Below, in pieces: positions 10,076 through 20,299 of a stretch of DNA of 64,000 nucleotides. The translations under genes and the position numbers were made by a program. The number at the start of each line of letters is the position of its first letter. The stretch's first letter is position 1. Source of the stretch: Candidatus Eiseniibacteriota bacterium (lineage in GTDB: Bacteria; Eisenbacteria; RBG-16-71-46); assembly GCA_963744995.1 (NCBI GenBank), contig CAVUWA010000001.1, positions 128,001 through 192,000 on the forward strand, read 5' to 3'. The notes beneath the pieces were generated by a model. The model worked only from the letters and a program-made list of their open reading frames with translations. It ran no database searches and was not told where the DNA came from.

Positions 10076-11293
10076 TCAATGCGAGTTGGGTCCGTTCTCG
10101 TGCTTCAGGCGGGCGATTTCCTTGTTGAGTTCCGTGACCCGGCGCTCGAGATCGCTGATGCGCTCGCCGGTGGAGGACTCCGCCGCCGGATGCGCGGGCG
10201 CCGCACGCGGTGCGTCGATGCCGAGCGCCCACGGCGGCGTTTCGTGCGGCGAACGCCCGATCTCCACGCGCGCGTTCTGCGGCGATTCGCCACGTACCCA
10301 GACCAGATCCACGGAGGTCCCGGGCGTCGTGGCCGCCACCCAGCGCGCGAGCTGTTGAGCATATTCGACGCGCTCGCCCTGGTACGCCACGATCAGATCG
10401 CCTTTCGCCAGCCCCGCGTGCGCGGCGGGACTGCCGGGCTGGACCCGTTCGACCATCGCGCCGATCGGCACCACGGCGCCGCGTTCCGACAGCGCCTCGA
10501 TGCTGGCGCCGCTGGTCGACACCCCGAGCCAGCCGTACGCCAGGTGGCCGTCCCGGCGCAGGCTCTCGTAGACGCGCCTCACGTTGTCGAGCGACAGGAC
10601 GAACGTCATCCCCCCGGGGCGCGGCTGGTCGCTGCGTTCGGCGTAGCTGCCCTGGCCGAGTTCGCCCTGAACGATGCCGATGAGCTCGCCGCGGGAATTC
10701 ACGGCGGCGCCGCCGCTGTTCCCCGGGTACGCGGCGTTGGTCAGCTGCAGGCGCGTGAACTGCGGCTCGGAAAGCACGTATGCGATGTTGCCGACCGATT
10801 GCGTCGGCTGGATCCGGTACGAGGTGCCCAGCGTGATGACCCAGTCGCCGACCTGCGAGGCGCGCTGGGTCGAGAGCTTGACCGGCGGCAGCAGGACGTC
10901 GGTGACGCGCAGCAGGGCGAGGTTGTAGATCGGGTCCACGCCGACGATCTCGGCGCGGCTCTGCAGGCCGTTGTCGGTGCGGATCGAGATCTGCTCGGCG
11001 TTCTGCACCACGCTCGCCGTGGTCAGGACCTCGTTCGCGGCCATCGCCACGCCGGAGCCGACGCGGGTCTGGATGCGCGGTCGGCCGATGCGGCCGGTGC
11101 CGTGGGTCAGCGTGCGGCGCGAGAGCACCGTCACCACCGAAGGCCGGCCCTGACGCGCGATCTGATCGACGTCGGTCTGCAGCTGGTTGAGGGTGCCCTG
11201 CGACCGGGCGGCCCCCGGCAGGGTCGCGGCGAGCAGCGCCACGATCGCCAGCGCTCCGAGGCGCCGCGTCATCTGCCGGATCGAGAACACCAC
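10076..11293 (-). CDS. HtrA/DegP-like trypsin + PDZ protein, apparently with a degenerate catalytic triad
   Basis: Signal peptide, GSGV, PGNSGG, GWLGV PDZ entry, SPAAHAGL..GDLI; His and Asp positions read TTASVV and YNLALL. Confidence 0.85.
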   Translation of the reverse strand: MVFSIRQMTRRLGALAIVALLAATLPGAARSQGTLNQLQTDVDQIARQGRPSVVTVLSRRTLTHGTGRIGRPRIQTRVGSGVAMAANEVLTTASVVQNAEQISIRTDNGLQSRAEIVGVDPIYNLALLRVTDVLLPPVKLSTQRASQVGDWVITLGTSYRIQPTQSVGNIAYVLSEPQFTRLQLTNAAYPGNSGGAAVNSRGELIGIVQGELGQGSYAERSDQPRPGGMTFVLSLDNVRRVYESLRRDGHLAYGWLGVSTSGASIEALSERGAVVPIGAMVERVQPGSPAAHAGLAKGDLIVAYQGERVEYAQQLARWVAATTPGTSVDLVWVRGESPQNARVEIGRSPHETPPWALGIDAPRAAPAHPAAESSTGERISDLERRVTELNKEIARLKHENGPNSH

Positions 11294-11306
11294 GCCCGCG
11301 TCCCGC

Positions 11307-11936
11307 TCAGAAGCTGATGACCGCGCGCTCGACCTGCACGCCTTCCTGCGAACGCGCGGGCGGCAGCGGATGCGCCCGCCCGCGGCGCAGGGCCACCGGG
11401 TCGAGGATGAACTCCACGTCCTCGCTGTGATCGAACAGACTGTCGCTGAGCGCCGCGAACCCGGGCCCGCCCGCGAGCGTCTGCGACCCGGTCGCCGGCG
11501 CAGGCGCCGTCGTCGCGACGGGCTGCGCCACCGCGATCGGCTCGGTCAACGCACCGGGCGCCTCCGGCTGCTCGGCCACGCGCGTCGCCGGCGTCCGGCC
11601 CGGCACCCAGCCGGCCCACGGCGCCACGATCGAAAGCACGAGGACCGCCGCGGCGGCAGCGGCCGTCACCGGGATCCAGCGGCGCTCGGACTCGGGCAGC
11701 CGGTCCGGCGCGGGCGCGGCGCGGCGCGCGCTCGCGAGCGCACGTTCGAGCAGATCCGGCGACGCTTCCTCGCGCGGCAGGGACGCGAGCGTTTCCAGCG
11801 TCCGCGCCAGCGCGTCGTATTCCTTGCGGCACACCGCACAGGCGTTCAGGTGGGCGTCGAGCCACTCCCGTTCGCCCTGCGTGATCTCGTCGTCCCAGCA
11901 GGCTCCGAAGAGCCGCCGGGCGCGTGCGCATGTCAT
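11307..11936 (-). CDS. zinc-finger (ZAS) anti-sigma factor
   Basis: HLNACAVC (HxxxCxxC), single TM helix, overlaps the sigma gene stop (ATGA). Confidence 0.85.
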   Translation of the reverse strand: MTCARARRLFGACWDDEITQGEREWLDAHLNACAVCRKEYDALARTLETLASLPREEASPDLLERALASARRAAPAPDRLPESERRWIPVTAAAAAAVLVLSIVAPWAGWVPGRTPATRVAEQPEAPGALTEPIAVAQPVATTAPAPATGSQTLAGGPGFAALSDSLFDHSEDVEFILDPVALRRGRAHPLPPARSQEGVQVERAVISF

Positions 11937-12586
11937 GGCGCACCCTCTTTCCTGAGTAGCGGTTGGAGTTTTCGCTTCAACATCGACCGGGCGCGGTTGA
12001 TGCGGGACCGGACCGTGCCCCCGGGGATGTTGAGAACGACTGCGATCTCCTCGTATGACAGACCCTCGATGTCCCGCAGCACGAGCGACAACCGGTACTT
12101 CTCCGGGATCGTGGTGATCGCCCGTCCCACTTCCTGCTGGAGCTGTTCCCGCTCCATCTTCGCCTCGCGCCCCTCACTGCGGTCCGCGAGCTGAATCGTG
12201 CTGTCGCTGAACTGTTCGACCAGCGCATCCAGGCTGAACCAGTTGCGTCGCCGGACACGGCGGCGAATCTCGTTCTTGGCGAGATTGGCCGCGATCGTGA
12301 ACAGCCAGGTCGAGAACTTGGATCCCCGCCGGTAATTGCGCCGGTGCACGAAGACCCGCACGAATACTTCCTGGGCAAGGTCGTCCGCGCACTCCCGATC
12401 GTTGAGGACCCGGCTGATCAGGTTCATGACGCGCCCCTGGTAGCGGCGCACCAGCTCCGGAAAAGCACGCTCATCCTCTTCCGCGACCCGGGCCATCAGG
12501 TTCTCATCGGAGAGGCTGATGACCGGGGGTCGTGCAGGATCTCGATCAGGCGTCAAGGACCCACTTCCCCCCTGTTGGTACCCCAT
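11933..12586 (-). CDS. ECF RNA polymerase sigma factor (RpoE/SigW-like)
   Basis: AFPELVRRYQ, DDLAQEVF, KFSTWLFTIAAN, GLSYEEIA..GTVRSRINRAR. Confidence 0.93.
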   Translation of the reverse strand: MGYQQGGSGSLTPDRDPARPPVISLSDENLMARVAEEDERAFPELVRRYQGRVMNLISRVLNDRECADDLAQEVFVRVFVHRRNYRRGSKFSTWLFTIAANLAKNEIRRRVRRRNWFSLDALVEQFSDSTIQLADRSEGREAKMEREQLQQEVGRAITTIPEKYRLSLVLRDIEGLSYEEIAVVLNIPGGTVRSRINRARSMLKRKLQPLLRKEGAP

Positions 12587-12617
12587 GAAGCCGGCCGGGT
12601 TCCGTCCTGCCGGCCGC

Positions 12618-14294
12618 TCAGCGGGGCTCCATGGCTTCGAGCTTGTCGCGGACCCGCTGGTTGGTCCCGTCCGTGGCCAGGCTCAGGCGGTACTGCTCGC
12701 GCGCCAAGTCCTTGAGGTTCATGGCTTTGTAGGTATCACCCAGGTGCTCGCGGACCACCGGGTCCTGGCCGGTCAGGCTGACGGCCCGCTCGAGCAGCCG
12801 GCGTGCCTCCTCGTACCGGCCGAGGCGGTAGTAGACCCAGCCCATCGAGTCGATGAAGGCGCCGTTGTCGGGCTCCTTCTCGAGGGCGGCACCGATCATC
12901 TTCTCGGCCTCGTCGAGCCGCTGGTCGTGGTCGGCCAGCATGTAGCCGATGAAGTTCAGCGCGTCGGCGTTGCCGGGGTCGCGCTCGAGCACGACGCGCG
13001 CGGCCGCCTCGGCACCCTCGAGGTCGCCGAGCTGCTCGCGGCAGTAGGCGAGTCCGAACGACGCCGGAGCGAAGTCCGGGTACCGCTCGAGCACCGCCTC
13101 CCACGCCTGCCGGGCGTCGTCGAAGCGTTCCGCGTTCTGCTCGAGCTGCCCGACCATCACCCGCGGCGGGAGCGAATCCGGCGCCGCGTCGACCCCGCGC
13201 TTCGCGAACTGCAGAGCCAGATCCCTGTCGCCGCGAATCGAGAGCAGCTGGGCCGCCGCGAGCGCGCCGCGGAAATCGCCCGGATGCGCAAGATTCCATT
13301 TCTCGAGCGCCACGCCCGCCTCGCGCGCATGACCGTTGCGCGCATAGACGGTCACCACCCGTCCGACCACCGCCGGTGACTCGGGATCGATCCGCTCGAG
13401 CAGGGCGAGCGTCTCTTTCGCCTCGCGGTCGTGATGGGCGTGGTAGGCGAGGTCCGCGAGGACTTCGAGCGCCTCCGGATCCCCGGGGCGCTGATGAACG
13501 ATCTCTTTGGCCTGCTCATAGCCCTGCTGCCAGCGCTCGAGCCGCATGTACAGCCCGAGCAGACGTCCGCGCGTGGTGAGATCCGACGGATGCGCCTCGA
13601 GGTGCGAGCGATAGGCTTCGATCGCCGCGTCGGGGTGTTCGAGGCTCTCCTGGATCCACCCCATCAGGAATCCCGCGCCCGGGCGATCCGGATTGAGTTC
13701 GATCGCGCGCGTCAGCGCCGAGTCGGCGCTCACGAAGCGTCCGAGGCGCGCTTCCGAGGCCGCGTACTGGAACCACATCTCGCCGTCGAAGTCGTCGACC
13801 TGGACGGCACGGTGGTAAGCCCAGTTCACGACATCGATCCGGTCGAGGTGCTCGGCCACGCGGGCGAGCGTCTGCAGATACTCCATGTCGCTCGAGTCCG
13901 CGTGCGCGGCCCGATCGAGGGCGGCGAGCGCCTCGTCGGTCCTGCCGAGGTTGAACAGCGCCCCACCCTCGAGCCACAGCGCGCGCGGATGGCCGGGGTC
14001 GATCTTCAGGGCGCGCTGGGCCAGTTCCAGGGAACGCCGCGCGTCCCCCATCTGCGCACACAGTTCGCTCGCCCGCAGGGCGATGGCGATCGAACCCGGG
14101 TCGAGGATCAGCGCGCGGTAGTACTCTCCGAGCGCCTCGTCGTGCTGGCCCTGCTCTTCGAGCAGCCGTCCGAGCGCGTACCGGCGCAGGGCTTCCGGGC
14201 TGGTGTAGCCGGTCGAGTCGGCTTGCGCGAACGCGGCGGACGCCGACGGAAGGGTCGCGGCCATGAGCATCAGTGTGATTGCCACGACTCTCAT
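12618..14294 (-). CDS. secreted tetratricopeptide repeat protein
   Basis: Signal peptide MRVVAITLML; many TPRs; ALNFIGYMLA...IDSMGWVYY...EHLGD C-terminal TPR signature. Confidence 0.88.
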   Translation of the reverse strand: MRVVAITLMLMAATLPSASAAFAQADSTGYTSPEALRRYALGRLLEEQGQHDEALGEYYRALILDPGSIAIALRASELCAQMGDARRSLELAQRALKIDPGHPRALWLEGGALFNLGRTDEALAALDRAAHADSSDMEYLQTLARVAEHLDRIDVVNWAYHRAVQVDDFDGEMWFQYAASEARLGRFVSADSALTRAIELNPDRPGAGFLMGWIQESLEHPDAAIEAYRSHLEAHPSDLTTRGRLLGLYMRLERWQQGYEQAKEIVHQRPGDPEALEVLADLAYHAHHDREAKETLALLERIDPESPAVVGRVVTVYARNGHAREAGVALEKWNLAHPGDFRGALAAAQLLSIRGDRDLALQFAKRGVDAAPDSLPPRVMVGQLEQNAERFDDARQAWEAVLERYPDFAPASFGLAYCREQLGDLEGAEAAARVVLERDPGNADALNFIGYMLADHDQRLDEAEKMIGAALEKEPDNGAFIDSMGWVYYRLGRYEEARRLLERAVSLTGQDPVVREHLGDTYKAMNLKDLAREQYRLSLATDGTNQRVRDKLEAMEPR

Positions 14295-14409
14295 GAGGCG
14301 GCGAGAATAGCATGCGCCGCGCACCCCCGACCACCACCGGCCGCCGCTCGTGCCGCCTCGCCGGGCCGCGGGGGTTGTGGTAATGCTGTGCTCCCTTCCG
14401 GAACCGGAC

Positions 14410-15768
<1,359 letters not shown>

Positions 15769-15774
15769 TCCACA

Positions 15775-15808
15775 GTGACAATCTGTCCCATGTGGACACG
15801 TTGTCACA
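15775..15808. promoter_or_regulatory. tandem palindromic enhancer (UAS) candidate for a sigma54 activator
   Basis: Two GACA-N3-TGTC palindromes 18 bp apart (gtGACAatcTGTCcc; tgGACAcgtTGTCac), about 190 bp upstream of a -24/-12 promoter. Confidence 0.55.
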
Positions 15809-15987
15809 TATCGACCAAACACACACTTTCCAGCCAATCCGTCCATCTTCGTCCGGTCGGTGGGCAAATCTGGCGCACCGGCTTCCGATAGACCGCACCG
15901 GCCGTGTGGATACCGGACCCGGATCAGGCGACCTAACCCCTTCCAGATCAATGCATTCCGCAATGCGGCCTGCGCCATGCCGTATTC

Positions 15988-16003
15988 TGGCACCGAACGT
16001 GCA
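15988..16003 (+). promoter_or_regulatory. sigma54 (-24/-12) promoter
   Basis: TGGCAC-CGAAC-GTGCA matches TGGCAC-N5-TTGCW with exact GG-N10-GC spacing; IHF-like gATCAAtgcaTTc at 15946-15958. Confidence 0.7.
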
Positions 16004-16013
16004 GTCGAACGCT

Positions 16014-16263
16014 GCCGGTACGCAGTCCGCCTCGAGCGGACGGTGGTGGGTCGCCGCCCTGGAAAGAACATGGAGATGCACCGAGGGGCCAGTTCTGACC
16101 GGGCGGCGACAGCTTTGGCGGGCGGAGCGGTTTCCGCCTCCCGGGTTGCCGTCGACGACGGTTCGCGCTGAATATTTCCGAGGGGTCAGCCGGATCGCAC
16201 GGGGCGGCAACTCAGGACGAAACAGGAAGGGGCGGCGAGTTCCACTCGCCGCCCCTGTTCGTT
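16014..16263 (+). ncRNA. candidate sigma54-dependent structured small RNA
   Basis: Lies between the promoter and terminator; four hairpins found by eye, the two long ones sharing the loop motif CCGAGGGG; no convincing ORF. Confidence 0.55.
16228..16263. terminator. intrinsic terminator hairpin, probably bidirectional (sRNA / rnc)
   Basis: AGGGGCGGCGAGT-tcc-ACTCGCCGCCCCT perfect 13-bp stem followed by GTTCGTT. Confidence 0.75.
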
Positions 16264-16281
16264 GGCCGCCCGGGGACAATC

Positions 16282-17886
16282 TCAGCGTCGGCTGCTCCCC
16301 CGGCGGCGACCGCGGCGACCGAAGGTGGGTGCGGACTGCCCGGGCGCCTCGGCCGGGGCGTCCTCGGCAGCGAGCTCCGGCGTGTCCGGCGCCGCGTCGT
16401 CGCCCGGGTCGCGCTCCATCTGCAGCGACGCCGCCTCGGACTCGATGATCGCCTCGATCTCCGGCTCGACCGGTGCCGCGTCGTCCGCGCGGGGGGCCGG
16501 CACCCGCGGGCCCTCGTCGCGGCTGCCGGCGGGCGCTTCGGACGCCGGCTCGAGGCCGGCCGTCTCCGGTTCGCTGTCGCGCCATTCGGCCGCTTCACGT
16601 GCCACGGGGGCTTCGGGCTCGAAGGCGAACGGATCGACGAGTCGCTCCTCGAGCGGACCCTCCGGCCGGCCGAGCTCATCGATCACGTCCTCGAGGTGCG
16701 GCGGCGGCGGCGGCTCGACTTCCACGACCTCGCGTTCGACCTCGGTCGGCTCCGCGGGCAGGGCGATCCGCGCCAGCGGCCGCGGTGCGATGACCAGCGG
16801 CTCGTCGGCCGCTTCGCGGCGGGCGGGTGTCTCCGGCGGGCTCTCCTCGCGCGGCGCCGGCACGGGCGCCGGCGCGGCCGGCTCCGCGGGCGCACGCCGG
16901 CCACGCCGACCGCGCCGCGTTCCGTACGCGTCATCGGCGCGCGCCTCGACCGCGCCGGCCGCGTCCACGTCAGCCGCCGGCGCCGCCTTCGCCGCCTCGC
17001 CGGCGCGATCGCGCCCGCGATCCGGCCGCCGGCCGGCCCCGCCCTCGAGCCGCTCGAGCGCATCGCGGGCCGCGGCCTGCTCGGCTTCCTTCTTGTTGCG
17101 CCCGCGGCCCTCGCCGAGCACCCGCTTGCCGACCATCACCTCGACCTGGAAGTGTTTCGAGTGATCCGGCCCGGCCTCGCCGCGGATCCGGTAGACCGGA
17201 TGGGTGTGGAAGGTGCTCTGCACGTATTCCTGCAGGTGACTCTTGTAGTTGGTGTGCCGTTTGTCGGCCACGATTTCGCTCGAGTCCTGCAGCAGCCAGC
17301 GGTGGATGAACCCGCGCGCGGCCTCGAAGCCCTGGTCCAGGTAGATCGCCCCGACCACGGATTCGAAGGCGTCGGCGAGGATCGACAGTCGCTGCCGTCC
17401 GCCCGACTCGACCTCGCTGTGGCTCATCAGCACGAAGCGGCCGAGCCCCATCGCCAGCGCGCGCCGTGAAAGAATCGCCTTCGACACGAGCAGCGACTTG
17501 GTCTTGGTGAGCTGACCTTCGTGCTCGGTCGGGTTCTCGCGATAGAGGAACTCGCTCGTCACGAGCCCGAGCACGGAATCCCCGAGGAATTCGAGGCGCT
17601 CGTTGCTCTCGCGCGGCCCCTGGCCGGTCACACTGAGGTAGGAGCGGTGGGTGAGCGCGAGCTTCAGCAGCCCCGAACGGCCGAACGTCAGCCGGTAGTG
17701 CTGCTGGAAGGCGGCGATGACCTTCGCTTCCTGCTCGCTCAGCGACTCGGCGCGCGGGGCGGGCCGCGGCCCGCCGCCGAACAGGCCGGTGAGCCACTTC
17801 CAGAACGAGAACTTCCTGCGCGGCGGCGTGGGCGGCCGGACGCCTCCGCGTCCGCGACCGCCGCGCCGGCGCGAACGCCGTCTTAC
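16282..17886 (-). CDS. rnc: ribonuclease III with long low-complexity C-terminal extension; start codon uncertain
   Basis: ALTHRSY, NERLEFLGDSVL, LADAFESVVGAIYLDQG, dsRBD NYKSHLQE...GRNKKEAEQAAA. Confidence 0.92.
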   Translation of the reverse strand, partial: VRRRSRRRGGRGRGGVRPPTPPRRKFSFWKWLTGLFGGGPRPAPRAESLSEQEAKVIAAFQQHYRLTFGRSGLLKLALTHRSYLSVTGQGPRESNERLEFLGDSVLGLVTSEFLYRENPTEHEGQLTKTKSLLVSKAILSRRALAMGLGRFVLMSHSEVESGGRQRLSILADAFESVVGAIYLDQGFEAARGFIHRWLLQDSSEIVADKRHTNYKSHLQEYVQSTFHTHPVYRIRGEAGPDHSKHFQVEVMVGKRVLGEGRGRNKKEAEQAAARDALERLEGGAGRRPDRGRDRAGEAAKAAPAADVDAAGAVEARADDAYGTRRGRRGRRAPAEPAAPAPVPAPREESPPETPARREAADEPLVIAPRPLARIALPAEPTEVEREVVEVEPPPPPHLEDVIDELGRPEGPLEERLVDPFAFEPEAPVAREAAEWRDSEPETAGLEPASEAPAGSRDEGPRVPAPRADDAAPVEPEIEAIIESEAASLQMERDPGDDAAPDTPELAAEDAPAEAPGQSAPTFGRRGRRRGSSRR

Positions 17887-19121
17887 GTTGCCGCTCTCAT
17901 CGCGAGGGCGACGTTGTGACCCCCGAACCCGAACGAGTTCGAGAGGGCGCTCTGCAGAGCGAGAGCGCGAGCCTGATTGGGAACGAGATCGAGATCGCAT
18001 TGTGGATCCGGTTGCTCCAGGTTGATCGTCGGTGGGACGACCCCCCGCTGGATCGCGAACGCGGTGATCACCGCCTCGATGCCGCCTGCGGCGCCGAGGA
18101 GGTGACCGGTCATCGACTTGGTCGAGCTCATCATCAGCTTGCGCGCGTGGTCGCCGAACACGGTCTTCACCGCCCGGACCTCGATCGGATCGCCGGTCGG
18201 GGTGGAGGTGCCGTGCGCGTTGACGTACGCGATCTCGGTGGGAGGCAGCCCCGCGTCTTCGAGCGCGCGCCGCATGGCGCGCACTGCACCGTCGCCGTCT
18301 TCGGACGGCGCGGTCATGTGGTAGGCGTCTCCGGATGCACCATAGCCGCTGAGCTCGCAGATGACATTCGCGTTACGGGCACGGGCATGCGCCTCGGTTT
18401 CGAGGATCAGCAGCCCCGCGCCCTCGCCGATCACGAAACCGTCCCGATCCTGGTCGAAGGGACGGCTCGCGTGCGTCGGGTCGTCGTTACGGGTGGAAAG
18501 CGTACGGGCGTTGCCGAATCCGGCGAGGGCCATCGGCGTGATCGTGGCCTCGCTGCCGCCGGCCACCATCACGTCCGCGTCGCCCGCCCTGAGCAGCCGG
18601 AGCGCCTCGCCGATCGCGTGGGCGCCGGATGCACAGGCCGAGACGGTGCAGAAGTTGGGACCCTTGAGACCGAACTGGATGGACACCTGGCCCGCGGCCA
18701 TGTCCGAGATCATCATCGGAATGAAGAACGGGCTCACGCGACCCGGCCCGCGCTCGATCAGCGCCGTGTGCTGGGTCTCGAAGGTTTCCATGCCGCCGAT
18801 TCCGGAGCCGATGAGCACGCCGATGCGGTCGACGTCGAGCGTCGCCACGTCGAGCCCGGCGTTCCGGATCGCTTCGTGCGCCGCCACGACGGCGAACTGC
18901 ACGAAGCGGTCCATCCGCTTCGCTTCCTTGCGGTCGATCACGCCCTCGGTGCCGAAGTCCTTGACCTCGCACGCAAAGGTGGTCCCGTAGCCCGTGGTAT
19001 CGAAGCGGGTGATCGGGCCCGCGCCGCTTTCACCGGCGCAGATCCGTTTCCAGAACGTCTCGGCGTCGTTCCCGAGCGGGGTGACGACCCCGGCTCCAGT
19101 CACGAAAACACGATTCGGCAT
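17883..19121 (-). CDS. fabF: beta-ketoacyl-ACP synthase II
   Basis: SACASG, NAHGTST, KSMTGHLLGAAG, SNSFGFGGHN. Confidence 0.97.
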   Translation of the reverse strand: MPNRVFVTGAGVVTPLGNDAETFWKRICAGESGAGPITRFDTTGYGTTFACEVKDFGTEGVIDRKEAKRMDRFVQFAVVAAHEAIRNAGLDVATLDVDRIGVLIGSGIGGMETFETQHTALIERGPGRVSPFFIPMMISDMAAGQVSIQFGLKGPNFCTVSACASGAHAIGEALRLLRAGDADVMVAGGSEATITPMALAGFGNARTLSTRNDDPTHASRPFDQDRDGFVIGEGAGLLILETEAHARARNANVICELSGYGASGDAYHMTAPSEDGDGAVRAMRRALEDAGLPPTEIAYVNAHGTSTPTGDPIEVRAVKTVFGDHARKLMMSSTKSMTGHLLGAAGGIEAVITAFAIQRGVVPPTINLEQPDPQCDLDLVPNQARALALQSALSNSFGFGGHNVALAMRAAT

Positions 19122-19227
19122 CGTCCGTACATCTCCGCCTGGCCGCCCGTCGCACGCCGGGAGCGATGACCCCGGGGGTCCGCTCCGGCGCGCGACGGCG
19201 CAGCCGGGTGAGGGTGCATCACTTCAA

Positions 19228-19470
19228 CTACGCGGTCGCGTGCTGCTTCAGATACGCCATGGCGTCACCGACGGTCTTGAGCTTGTCGGCGTCCTCGTCG
19301 GGGATGTCCATGCCGAACTCTTCTTCGAGAGCCATGACCAGCTCGACGATGTCGAGCGAGTCGGCGCCGAGGTCCTCGATGAACTTCGCTTCAGGCGTCA
19401 GCTGCTTGACCTCGACCTCGAGTTCCTTCGCGATGATCTCTTTCACCCGGTCTTCACTATAGGCTGCCAC
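19228..19470 (-). CDS. acpP: acyl carrier protein
   Basis: [29 protein letters not shown] before GTG. Confidence 0.97.
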   Translation of the reverse strand: MAAYSEDRVKEIIAKELEVEVKQLTPEAKFIEDLGADSLDIVELVMALEEEFGMDIPDEDADKLKTVGDAMAYLKQHATA

Positions 19471-19517
19471 TCTTCTCACCTCCTGTGGTTCGGGATGGGT
19501 TCCTGAAGCCAGGCATC

Positions 19518-20297
19518 TTACATCACCATGCCGCCGTCAACGGTCCAGGTCTGGCCGGTCACGTAACCCGCTCGCGGCGATGCCAGAAACGCCACGACCT
19601 CGGCGACCTCGGCCGGCTGGCCGAGGCGTCCGAGCGGAATGCGGCCCAGCAGATCGGCCCGCGCGGTCTCGGGCAGTTCGGCTGTCATCTCGGTTTCGAT
19701 GTATCCGGGGCACACGGCGTTCACCGTGATCGCCCGCGACGCGAGCTCGCGCGCGAGGGCCTTCGTGAACCCCAGGAGCCCCGCCTTGGAAGCCGCGTAG
19801 TTGGCCTGCCCCGCGTTGCCCATGAGGCCGACCACCGACGAGACGTTCACGATCCGCCCGTAGCGCGCCTTCATCATGCTGCGCGCGACGGCGCGGCAGC
19901 AGCGGAAAGCGCCGGCGAGGTTGGTGTTGATCACCTGCTCCCACTGCTCGTCCGACATGCGCATGAACACCCCGTCCCGGGTGAGGCCGGCGTTGTTGAC
20001 GAGCACGTCCACCCGCCCGAGCTGATCGAGCGCCGCCTTCACCGCACCGTCCACCGAACCGCTGTCGGCGATGTCGGCTTCGAACGCCCGCGCGGTCACA
20101 CCCTGCACCTTCAGCGCCTCGACCGCCGCACCGGCGCGGGCCTGATTGCGACTCAGGATCGCCACGGTCGCGCCGCGCGCGCCGAGCGCCTGTGACACGG
20201 CGAGCCCGATGCCCGAGGCGCCGCCGGTCACGAACGCGACCTGACCCGCCAGCTCCTGGCGCGGATCGGCCGCCGTCGCCCCCATCGTCTCCTCCAT
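19518..20297 (-). CDS. fabG: 3-oxoacyl-ACP reductase
   Basis: [22 protein letters not shown], position in the fab operon. Confidence 0.96.
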   Translation of the reverse strand: MEETMGATAADPRQELAGQVAFVTGGASGIGLAVSQALGARGATVAILSRNQARAGAAVEALKVQGVTARAFEADIADSGSVDGAVKAALDQLGRVDVLVNNAGLTRDGVFMRMSDEQWEQVINTNLAGAFRCCRAVARSMMKARYGRIVNVSSVVGLMGNAGQANYAASKAGLLGFTKALARELASRAITVNAVCPGYIETEMTAELPETARADLLGRIPLGRLGQPAEVAEVVAFLASPRAGYVTGQTWTVDGGMVM

Positions 20298-20299
20298 CG

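Noticed and set aside
16070..16171. 33-aa ORF MEMHRGASSDR... downstream of the sigma54 promoter
   Set aside because: Weak SD, start buried in a long stem, unremarkable composition; the RNA structure explains the region better, though a peptide is not fully excluded
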